From an uncultured delta proteobacterium (GTDB lineage Bacteria > Desulfobacterota > WTBG01 > CAIYCZ01): a DNA stretch of 19,787 bases. Made by a program: the position numbers and the translations under genes. The stretch covers positions 1 through 19,787 of the forward strand of contig CAWDOY010000013.1 of NCBI GenBank assembly GCA_963803975.1, read 5' to 3'. Positions 9,381 through 16,196 of this stretch are shown here, in pieces. Under the pieces are notes generated by a model. The model worked only from the letters and a program-made list of their open reading frames with translations. It was not told the origin of the DNA and searched no databases. Every line of letters begins with the position of its first letter. Within the stretch, counting starts at the first letter, position 1.

Positions 9381-9442
9381 GTCGGTGAGTCGGTTGATTG
9401 GTGAATGGGTGAGTCGGTGAATGGGTGAATAGGTGGAAAGGC
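9379..9442. repeat. Degenerate octamer tandem array (GA[G/A]T[C/G/A]GGT, 7-8 units)
   Basis: GAGTCGGT GAGTCGGT TGATTGGT GAATGGGT GAGTCGGT GAATGGGT GAATAGGT GGAAAGGC. Confidence 0.85.
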
Positions 9443-9451
9443 TTGGGAGCG

Positions 9452-9799
9452 TTATTTAATATCTGCACGATTGAGAGCTGATTCCAGAAGGTTAATCAGG
9501 CGGGGAATATCATCGGTGACCGTATCCCAAACCCGGTCAAGATCGATGTCAAAATAAATATGGATAAGCCGGTTCCGCATGGCAATAATATCAGGCCAGG
9601 GAATTTCCGGATATGCCTGACGTGTTTCCTGGGTTACTTTTGAAGCTGCCTCGCCGACAATTTCAATTGATTTAATTAGAGAAAGAGTGAGCATTCTATC
9701 AGAATCAAGCTCGCTTCTCTTCTTCCCGGCGGCAAAAGCAAGCGTTTCTCGTGCTGCATCAAGCATATGACGGAGGCGTATCACATCATCCCTGTGCAT
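9452..9799 (-). CDS. hepT: HepT/DUF86 HEPN ribonuclease toxin (type VII TA)
   Basis: Start placed at ATG 9799 (MHRDDVIRLRHMLDAA). IEIVGEAA, IPW..I.AMRNRLIHIYF (R-X4-H-X-Y). Overlaps the upstream MNT gene by 14 bp. Confidence 0.92.
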   Translation of the reverse strand: MHRDDVIRLRHMLDAARETLAFAAGKKRSELDSDRMLTLSLIKSIEIVGEAASKVTQETRQAYPEIPWPDIIAMRNRLIHIYFDIDLDRVWDTVTDDIPRLINLLESALNRADIK

Positions 9800-10094
9800 A
9801 CTGAACCTCGGCCTTTTCAAGAACTTCCTGGCGGAAATATCGGCTCAATTCAGCGGGGGTGCGCAAATCAACTGCATGCCCGAGAATGTCTGAAAGTTCA
9901 TTGCCCATGGCAGCAAGCCGCAAGAATCCTGCCACCGTTCCCTGTTCAAATTCCACGAGCACGTCAACATCACTGTCCGGCCTGAAATCATCCCGAAGCA
10001 CGGAGCCGAACAGCAGCAGTTTTCTTATGTGATGTTTTTTGCAAAAAACATCTATCTTTTCAGAAGGGATAGTAATGGCGATTTTTCTACCCAT
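9786..10094 (-). CDS. mntA: Minimal nucleotidyltransferase antitoxin MntA (type VII TA)
   Basis: LFGSVLRDDFRPDSDVDVLVEF (GS-X10-DxD), LG..VDL, 102 aa, SD CAGGAG. Confidence 0.92.
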   Translation of the reverse strand: MGRKIAITIPSEKIDVFCKKHHIRKLLLFGSVLRDDFRPDSDVDVLVEFEQGTVAGFLRLAAMGNELSDILGHAVDLRTPAELSRYFRQEVLEKAEVQYAQG

Positions 10095-10126
10095 AATTAC
10101 AACGCTCCTGCATTAGTATGTTGCTT

Positions 10127-10155
10127 AGCGTAGCAAATGAGCATAGAGGTGTCAA
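10127..10155 (-). promoter_or_regulatory. Near-consensus sigma70 promoter of mntA-hepT (within direct repeat copy 2, 10134-10162)
   Basis: Minus strand TTGACA, 17 bp spacer, TACGCT with extended TGn. Inverted repeat TTGCT-N6-AGCAA (10121-10136) overlaps the -10. Confidence 0.7.
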
Positions 10156-10170
10156 TAAATGAAACGTGAA

Positions 10171-10292
10171 AAAGGCAATAGGCAACCCACCTTCGCGCAA
10201 GGCTACGGTGGGCAGGCAGGCAATAGGCACCCCTCGACTGCGCCCTTCGGCCGTGAGCTCAGGGTCGAACGGCTCGGGGCAGGCCATAGGCA
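10171..10292. repeat. Heptamer array (A[A/T]AGGCA) interrupted by short palindromic elements, one of them nested
   Basis: AAAGGCA ATAGGCA, [CCCACC...GGTGGG CAGGC, 10186-10217], AGGCA ATAGGCA, [CCCC...GGGG CAGGC, 10230-10284, containing CCGT...ACGG at 10251-10272], then CATAGGCA. Confidence 0.75.
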
Positions 10293-10296
10293 AAAT

Positions 10297-10978
10297 TTAT
10301 TCCGTCAAATCCCAGTGCGTGTTCCAGTAATCCCAGGCAAAGGGCCATTCGTCTCGCAGCATCATAACCATGAATTTCATAATTTCAAAACCCTGGTTGC
10401 GCTCCTCATCCTGGCCGGGAAATGTTTCCTTATTCTTTATGGCAGCAGCCATGCGTTTGCCGAGGTCTGCTGCGGCTTTCATGAGGTTCGCCTTCTCATC
10501 ATCATCCCCGAACTGCGCGCGCACCGCGCTTATGTCCCCGACCCTCCAGAGCCCCTGCATGGTTATTACGGTATTGAGATAGTTGACAACAACTTCCGGG
10601 TCAGAGCCGCCGGAGGTAACCACGACGGCACCGTATTTGCCGCGCAGCTGCTGGCAGTGCAGCAAAAGATTGCAGCGGTCAATCAGCGCCTTTATCTGGG
10701 CGCTCACCTGCAGGGTGTAATTGGGGGTCGCAAAGATAATGCCGTCTGCCGCGAGCATGGCCTGTTTCACTTTTTCAAAATCATCCTTCTGGTGGCACGC
10801 GCCAGTGACATGGCATATATTCTGGCATCCTTTGCAGGGAAGCACGGTGAGGTCGCTGAGTGAAAATATGTCTGTCTCTATGCCTTCCTGCTGCAATGCT
10901 TTAAGCAGGGGCGCTACCAGCGCTCCCGTGTATCCCTGCATGCCCTTTCGGGCTTCCGACAATCGCTATCACTTTCAT
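10297..10978 (-). CDS. Iron-sulfur flavoprotein/NADPH-dependent FMN reductase family, paralog B, with a +1 frameshift at ~10945
   Basis: ATG 10978 with SD AAGGGA gives MKVIAIVGSPK. Removing one base in AAAGGGC joins GMQGYTGALV...CKGCQNIC-X5-C...ATPNY...IKALIDR. Span is 682 nt = 3n+1. Confidence 0.85.
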
Positions 10979-10996
10979 GGTTTTTCCCTTCCGGAA

Positions 10997-11068
10997 AAAA
11001 GCTGACAGCGTTCAGCTATCAGCTATCTAATCAGTTCGGAGTTATGAGTTCGGAGTCGAGAGCTGGAA
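10997..11068. repeat. Short heptamer arrays (AGCTGAC/AGCTATC-type followed by GTTCGGA/GTTATGA-type)
   Basis: AAAAGCTGACAGC is identical to 3855-3867. TCAGCTA x2, then GTTCGGA GTTATGA GTTCGGA GTCGAGA GCTGGAA. Confidence 0.65.
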
Positions 11069-11069
11069 A

Positions 11070-11534
11070 TTATTTAACAATAACTTTGCCCTTGAATTCC
11101 TTGTTATACGGCCGTGCCTCAAGGGTCGGGGAAAAAAGCAGAACTTTACGCATGACGTAATTAAATTCGCCCTTTTCCACAAAGCACATGCTGGCGACTG
11201 ACCCGGCGGGAATGCGGTCGGATTTGAAGGAGCCCTTCTCATCTACGACGAAATGGACCGGATTTTTGCAGGCCATGGTGACCTGCTTGCCCTCAAACTG
11301 CATTTCAACCGAAGACTCGGACTCATTTATCCAGATAACGGTGGTACCCCGATCAATAGTGAGTTCCTCGGGATTAACCCCGGCTACTGCGTTAACGCGG
11401 ATGATCTTGACTTCCTTAATATTCATTTCAGGAACAATTTTTCCTTTATCTTTATTTTCAATACCTGCGGCAGCGCTGCCCAGGCTGAAAAGCACTGCCA
11501 GCGCAACAATAGTAAGGTGTTTTAAAATATTCAT
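11070..11534 (-). CDS. Exported cupredoxin-fold-like protein lacking type-1 copper ligands
   Basis: Start at ATG 11534 with SD GGAGGGA. Signal peptide ending ...SAAA. VNPEELTIDRGTTVIWIN, F..KGEFNY and C-terminal KGKVIVK match the plastocyanin/amicyanin strand pattern. Confidence 0.7.
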   Translation of the reverse strand: MNILKHLTIVALAVLFSLGSAAAGIENKDKGKIVPEMNIKEVKIIRVNAVAGVNPEELTIDRGTTVIWINESESSVEMQFEGKQVTMACKNPVHFVVDEKGSFKSDRIPAGSVASMCFVEKGEFNYVMRKVLLFSPTLEARPYNKEFKGKVIVK

Positions 11535-11588
11535 AGTCTTTAGTCCCTCCTTTAACAGCATGGTTAATTTCAATGGTATCTTAATTAG

Positions 11589-12407
11589 CTATGCAGCTGC
11601 CTGTGGCGCGCTCTGTGTATAGCGTATGCCCGGTTCCATGGCAAGCGGCATTGGCCGTATTACACCTTTAATAATATATACGAAAGCAGTCATGTAGGCG
11701 AATGTTTTTGGTATCATGAACATCCCGAACATGGGGTTAACCGGAATAAGACCAAGGGTGAGGATAAAAAAGATAAATGAGAAAACAAAGCAGACGCCAA
11801 TAATGTTTAATGCCCGTTCCTGAAGCGCAGTTATCCGGTCTGTTGTTTGGGCGCGGGCGCTTCTTGAGCAGCGTATCAGCTTCCCGACCGTCATCAGGCC
11901 GAAAATAACGAAAAGCAGCATGTGGGGGGACCAGAGAGATATATCGTAATTAATAGTATAAATGCCAAAAGCATTAGGCACTGCTCCGGGAAGGATGCAC
12001 AGCATGGCCAGCAACGCCAGACCCAGGGTAATTTTATCGTAGCGTTTAAACTGTCCCTGCTGATACCGCGCGACAATAAACAGAGCCCACAGGGAATAAT
12101 AAATCATAAAAATCAGGCCGTCATAAAAGTAGGCAAACGTCTGCAGTTCAAATATTGTTCCAAGAATGTTTATTGATCCTGTCGGGCTGGCAGTATAAAC
12201 GGTGACCGTATAGGCTATCGTGTGAAGCAAATCCCCGATAAAAATAAACACCGGCCCCAGCCAGAGATACAACATCTGTTTCCCTGGCTGATCGCTCAGT
12301 TTTCCCCATTTCTGGAATGCCAACACCCCTGAAACAGCAACTAAAACAAGCCAGATAAGCATCAGTGCCCAGGTAGATACGATGGTCATAATGGTGGAAG
12401 TATTCAT
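11589..12407 (-). CDS. Uncharacterised 7-TM integral membrane protein, paralog B
   Basis: 272 aa with seven hydrophobic segments. GDLLH in TM2, ARY after TM3, SF in TM6, FMIPKTFAY in TM7, all shared with 3109-3852. Confidence 0.82.
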   Translation of the reverse strand: MNTSTIMTIVSTWALMLIWLVLVAVSGVLAFQKWGKLSDQPGKQMLYLWLGPVFIFIGDLLHTIAYTVTVYTASPTGSINILGTIFELQTFAYFYDGLIFMIYYSLWALFIVARYQQGQFKRYDKITLGLALLAMLCILPGAVPNAFGIYTINYDISLWSPHMLLFVIFGLMTVGKLIRCSRSARAQTTDRITALQERALNIIGVCFVFSFIFFILTLGLIPVNPMFGMFMIPKTFAYMTAFVYIIKGVIRPMPLAMEPGIRYTQSAPQAAA

Positions 12408-12440
12408 ATGGCGACCCCTTCTTAAAATGCTGGCAAGGTT

Positions 12441-13301
12441 CTAACCCGGACTGGCGGAAATACCGGTTAGCTTTTCGCACAACTGCCACAGGTCTTTCTG
12501 CAATTGCGCGTCCCTGCATTTTGGAGATGGATCCTTCAACTGCTTTTGAGAAAAATATTTGCCGGTCACATTGTTGGCTTCATCTGAGCCTGCCAGGAAG
12601 ATGCTGGCCTGTGCGCCTTCCTCAGGTGTTATCATGAACCGGTTGATGATTTTGTCCAGCAGGGCCTGATACCATTTCCCCGGCCATATATTCCAGATAG
12701 CGGTGGCTGTGTGCCCGGGATGTACCGCGTTTGCCGTAACCCCCGCGTCTTTTAAGCGCTCGGCCAGTTCCTGGGTGGAGAGCACGATGGCAAGCTTGGA
12801 ATCTGCGTACGCAGGGAACCCGCTGTATTTTCGTTTCTGCCAGTTGATGTCGCTCACGTTGAACTTGCTCTGATAGTGGGCGTTTGATGACAGGTTGATA
12901 ATACGGGACCCCGGTGTTTGCTTTATAACCGGCAGCAGGGAATTGATGAGCAGGAAGTGGCCTAACAGATTAATCCCGATGGTTTTTTCAAATCCGTCAC
13001 GGGTTTCCTGCCGCGTGTGGCAGTAGACGCCGGCATTATTAATTAATACATCCAGCCGCTGGCACTTTTGGGAGAATTGCTGCGCAAACTCCCGGATGGA
13101 GGCTAACGATGCCAGATCTATCTGCATGAGCTCAATGTTTGAGTTTCCGCTTTCCTTCTTAACAGCCTCGCACACCGGTCGTGCCAGGTTCAGATCAATG
13201 CACGCCATGACAATGGCAGCGCCCTTTCTGGCGATCCCCAGGGTTGTTTCCCTGCCGATATCGCCGTCAGCGCCGGTAATAAGAACTGTTTTTCCCTGCA
13301 T
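12441..13301 (-). CDS. Short-chain dehydrogenase/reductase, retinol dehydrogenase/WWOX-like subgroup
   Basis: Start at ATG 13301 with SD GGAGG. TGADGDIG, DLASLASIREFA, LINNAG, DGFE...INLLGHFLL, RIINLSS, YADSK, VHPG, GKYF. Confidence 0.92.
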   Translation of the reverse strand: MQGKTVLITGADGDIGRETTLGIARKGAAIVMACIDLNLARPVCEAVKKESGNSNIELMQIDLASLASIREFAQQFSQKCQRLDVLINNAGVYCHTRQETRDGFEKTIGINLLGHFLLINSLLPVIKQTPGSRIINLSSNAHYQSKFNVSDINWQKRKYSGFPAYADSKLAIVLSTQELAERLKDAGVTANAVHPGHTATAIWNIWPGKWYQALLDKIINRFMITPEEGAQASIFLAGSDEANNVTGKYFSQKQLKDPSPKCRDAQLQKDLWQLCEKLTGISASPG

Positions 13302-13316
13302 GGCACAACCTCCGGA

Positions 13317-13459
13317 AGGGTTCAAGGGGCCCAGGGTTCGAGGGGTTTAGTATTAAGTTTAAAGTCTAAAGTTCAAGGTTTGCAGTTCATGTTTTTACCA
13401 GAAACTATAAACCATAAACTCGAAACGGTTTTTTTGACCCCTTGGCCTCCTGGAACCCT
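13317..13459. repeat. Nested inverted tandem arrays (outer octamers, inner heptamers)
   Basis: AGGGTTCAAGGGGCCCAGGGTTCGA (13317-13341) pairs imperfectly with TTGACCCCTTGGCCTCCTGGAACCCT (13434-13459). Inside, GTTTAAA-type heptamers (13357-13391) face CTATAAA-type heptamers (13398-13425). Confidence 0.75.
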
Positions 13460-13466
13460 CAGTTTG

Positions 13467-14018
13467 TTATTGTTTCTTAAACTTCCACACGCACCCGGTT
13501 TCCTCCCAGATAATCTCAAAGGGAATAATGCCCATCTTCGTTGTCGGGTGGTTGGGGTGGGTGAGGTGCATCTTTTCGACTTCGCAGAGTTCCCGGCCTT
13601 CAAAAGGCAGCCCGCATTTTTTTACTATTTCATTCTGCTTTTTAAGGCGCAGGCAGTTCTTGAACCGGACGACAATCTCACCGTCCTCGGCCTCTGAAAC
13701 TTCATATTCTCCCGGGCCGTGCATCATCTGGTCCATATACAGGACTTCCTTGATGGCTTTATTGAGAACTATATTAGGCGCAAGGTTTGAAGCGAGCTTG
13801 CCCATAAACTGGGCGACGGGGCCCGCGAACCTGCCCATCATTTTGTTGTAGGCGTCCACGGTATCACTCACCCACTCCTTAACGGTTCCAAGCCTCTTAT
13901 GAGTGTGGTAGCTGATGGCATGATCCATGGTAAAGAAATCATGGAGCCGGTCCCACTTTTCTTCAACAGACATGTCATTTATGTCGGGTTTTTTCATCGC
14001 GGGTTCTTTTTTTGCCAT
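13467..14018 (-). CDS. Cys-rich hypothetical protein, probable V4R/ATC-hydrolase/DUF6125-like ligand-binding fold
   Basis: SD GAGGAGG. Helical N-terminal half, then IVVRFKNCLR...CG...RELCE..H...ETGCVWKF. This C...C...CxWxF pattern is typical of the fold. Confidence 0.55.
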   Translation of the reverse strand: MAKKEPAMKKPDINDMSVEEKWDRLHDFFTMDHAISYHTHKRLGTVKEWVSDTVDAYNKMMGRFAGPVAQFMGKLASNLAPNIVLNKAIKEVLYMDQMMHGPGEYEVSEAEDGEIVVRFKNCLRLKKQNEIVKKCGLPFEGRELCEVEKMHLTHPNHPTTKMGIIPFEIIWEETGCVWKFKKQ

Positions 14019-14042
14019 AATCGTTCCTCCTCTGCTGATATG

Positions 14043-14234
14043 TTATGCCGCCTGCTTTGTAACCTTATTTTTTGTGATTGCCGCATTGGGGCACACGCGG
14101 GCGCATGCACCACATTCGACACAGGTGTCAGTAATTTTATAGTACCAGTCGTATTCAACAATAGACTTTGTCGGGCAGATCTCCCAGCACGTACCGCACA
14201 TGATGCAGTCTTCTGATATACAATAGGCCATCAT
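14043..14234 (-). CDS. 2[4Fe-4S] clostridial-type ferredoxin
   Basis: CIMCGTCWEICP and CVECGACARVCP, N-terminal MAY.I, SD AAAGGAG. Start is 14234 or 14231. Confidence 0.95.
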   Translation of the reverse strand: MMAYCISEDCIMCGTCWEICPTKSIVEYDWYYKITDTCVECGACARVCPNAAITKNKVTKQAA

Positions 14235-14246
14235 AAGCTCCTTTCA

Positions 14247-14343
14247 TAGTAAGAGTTCAAGAGTTGAGAGTTGAGAAGTTATGGAGTGTCTTTAACTGTT
14301 TAGAACTCCTTAACTCTTCAACTCCTTGACTCACAAACTCCTA
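14247..14343. repeat. Inverted degenerate 7/8-mer arrays (GAGTT.. facing ..AACTC)
   Basis: GAGTTCAA GAGTTGA GAGTTGA GAAGTTAT GGAGT ... AACTCCTT AACTCTTC AACTCCTT GACTCACA AACTCCTA. Confidence 0.75.
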
Positions 14344-14345
14344 TG

Positions 14346-15029
14346 TTACGTTGCCAGCCCGGTCTGAATGTTGCCCAGATTTTTAATAACCAGCGGCAGT
14401 ACGGAATAATGAATCATGCAGTACATATCGCCATCATCAAGATTCATAAGAATGCGCGATTGCTCATCTCCCATGGTAAATGACATGGTCCTGGTCCTGA
14501 ACACAGGCGGAAAGGCGCTGTTGCACCAGGCGGTTCCCGATGTACCGTGAACCAGCTCACCTGTTTCCCAGGTGTAGGCTTTGCACAGGCGCTGAACTTT
14601 GCGCGCGTCCGCAACAATCATGACCACATCCGGGTCTTCCACATCTTCCAATGCGCCAATGACCTGATATTTATGGTGTTTGAACAGATGCGGGATCTGT
14701 TGATTGACGCGGCGAAAGACCTTCCGTGTAGCATATCCCCTTTGCAGCCCTATGGTCTGCTCCATGCCGCCATCGAATTCTTCCTTAATTACCTTTCTAT
14801 TTCCCAGCCCTGAAAAGACGGCGCCGCCGCACAGGATATTAGCGTTGGTGATATAAACCGGTTTTTTGCCTTCTTCCCAGAGCTCTGCCGCGATGGCACA
14901 GTGAAAGGAGACATCATCTCCATACGGCTCTGCATTCGCGGGAATATCTTCATAGAGTTTAAAGGCGATTGCCTTTCGCTGGTACCCGTGTTCCTTAAGC
15001 CTCTGGGCATATTCCTTGTTCTTACCCAT
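14346..15029 (-). CDS. DUF169 (COG2043) family protein, short paralog
   Basis: KAIAFKL, FHC, ILCGGA..SGL, PDVVMIVA, YTWETG, AWC, FTMGD..SR...LDDGDM...I. SD AAGGGAGG. Confidence 0.75.
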   Translation of the reverse strand: MGKNKEYAQRLKEHGYQRKAIAFKLYEDIPANAEPYGDDVSFHCAIAAELWEEGKKPVYITNANILCGGAVFSGLGNRKVIKEEFDGGMEQTIGLQRGYATRKVFRRVNQQIPHLFKHHKYQVIGALEDVEDPDVVMIVADARKVQRLCKAYTWETGELVHGTSGTAWCNSAFPPVFRTRTMSFTMGDEQSRILMNLDDGDMYCMIHYSVLPLVIKNLGNIQTGLAT

Positions 15030-15051
15030 TTGTTCATCCTCCCTTTCTTCG

Positions 15052-15191
15052 CAGGTGTTGAAAACAATCGTTCGTTGCGATCATCCTTCGTCATTGGACG
15101 TACGGTACAGTACGCCTCATTCCTCTTGATTTCGCGCGCCTTGCATCCGGATGTTTTTGACCAGCCTGGAGAACTACTTTTCGACAACCTG
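15052..15191. mobile_element. ~140 bp MITE-like element with terminal inverted repeats
   Basis: Left end CAGGTGTTGAAAA (15052-15064). Right end TTTTCGACAACCTG (15178-15191; reverse complement CAGGTTGTCGAAAA). Extra internal end TTTTTGACCAGCCTG (15154-15168). Central hairpin CGTAC-N6-GTACG. No coding capacity. Confidence 0.7.
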
Positions 15192-16169
15192 TTAGTCATG
15201 CTGCTGACCCAGCATATCATCAATGTCCATCCCCAGCTCATTCATCTGCTCGGTAAGAGATTTGCTGGAAACTTTTTTATAGCCTTTCTCCCGCGCGAAC
15301 GCTTCAGCGTTCTCAACTACAAAATCAAGGATGCCCTCGGGGACATTCTTTATCAGCACCCTGGCTTCCTCATCCCATTCCATGGTGAAGGCAGGTTCTG
15401 ATGGTTTATCAGTTTCACGCGGGACCTCTGCTTTTGCGTCATTGCCAAACTTCTGCCAGAATTTGGAATCGGGCGGCTTGGTAAACCCGAGATTGGCTTT
15501 GGCGTCAATTTTCACATCCACCAGCAGCTTTGGCAGGTTAGCGACATATTCAAGGGGGATTATTACAAAGAGCTCATCCTGCTTGATCCGGTTATACATC
15601 CTTCCGCCAAAATCACCGAATGTTACCACGACATTTCTTTCATGCCAGGGTGTGGCAAACAGCTCCCCGCACAGAGACGTTCCAAATCCGCCGTGGGGCG
15701 TAATGCCGTCCTGAATCACTCTGCAGGCTGAAATGAGACTGGCGTTATGGGCATTGCATACAACCACAATCCAGTCAACCGCTACCCCTTCAGGCACCTC
15801 GGCAAGCGGAGCAGCGCCGATAGCTTTCACCATGCCGGGAGGAAGATTGCGGGTGCCTGATTTCAACCGGGCAGCACCTTCGTAGCTGAAGAAGCTGCTG
15901 GTGGTTGACAGATATTCTCCGGAGACGATCTCTTTTTTCCCCGGCACCATTCCCGCGTGATAGGTGCCCACCAGGCAGTCATGGTGATCGGCATCAAAAT
16001 AGACTTTCTTGCCTTCATCCATGGCCAGGCGCACCAGAGTGCACGGCTCGCCGTCGATGGGCTCATACCCTTCAGGGATGCGATCGCGGAACAGACTGAT
16101 GGCAACCGGCTTTCCCCGGACTTTGCCCTTTGTGATCAGGATTTCAGAAATGTATTTTAAATTAATCAT
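15192..16169 (-). CDS. DUF169 family protein with C-terminal PCP_red-like (BchB C-terminal) domain
   Basis: KPVAISL, EPC, HDCLVG, DWIVVV, SLCGE, TFGDFGGR....KQDELFVIIP. Tail MEWDEEARVLIKNVPEGILDFVVENAEAFAREKGYKKV fits the W..EA...L..VP.......E..A...G...V pattern. SD AGGAGA. Confidence 0.75.
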   Translation of the reverse strand: MINLKYISEILITKGKVRGKPVAISLFRDRIPEGYEPIDGEPCTLVRLAMDEGKKVYFDADHHDCLVGTYHAGMVPGKKEIVSGEYLSTTSSFFSYEGAARLKSGTRNLPPGMVKAIGAAPLAEVPEGVAVDWIVVVCNAHNASLISACRVIQDGITPHGGFGTSLCGELFATPWHERNVVVTFGDFGGRMYNRIKQDELFVIIPLEYVANLPKLLVDVKIDAKANLGFTKPPDSKFWQKFGNDAKAEVPRETDKPSEPAFTMEWDEEARVLIKNVPEGILDFVVENAEAFAREKGYKKVSSKSLTEQMNELGMDIDDMLGQQHD

Positions 16170-16196
16170 AATATCTCCTATTATGTGTAATCTGCA

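Noticed and set aside
9379..9442. Possible CRISPR array or iteron set
   Set aside because: Units are 8 bp, contiguous and without spacers; no cas or rep gene in the window.
10087..10863. 68 aa minus ORF (10087-10293) and 234 aa plus ORF (10159-10863)
   Set aside because: They translate the palindromic repeat region or are antisense to flavoprotein B; no domain features.
14789..15401. 150 aa and 166 aa ORFs spanning the DUF169 junction
   Set aside because: They overlap two better-supported genes and read through the MITE.
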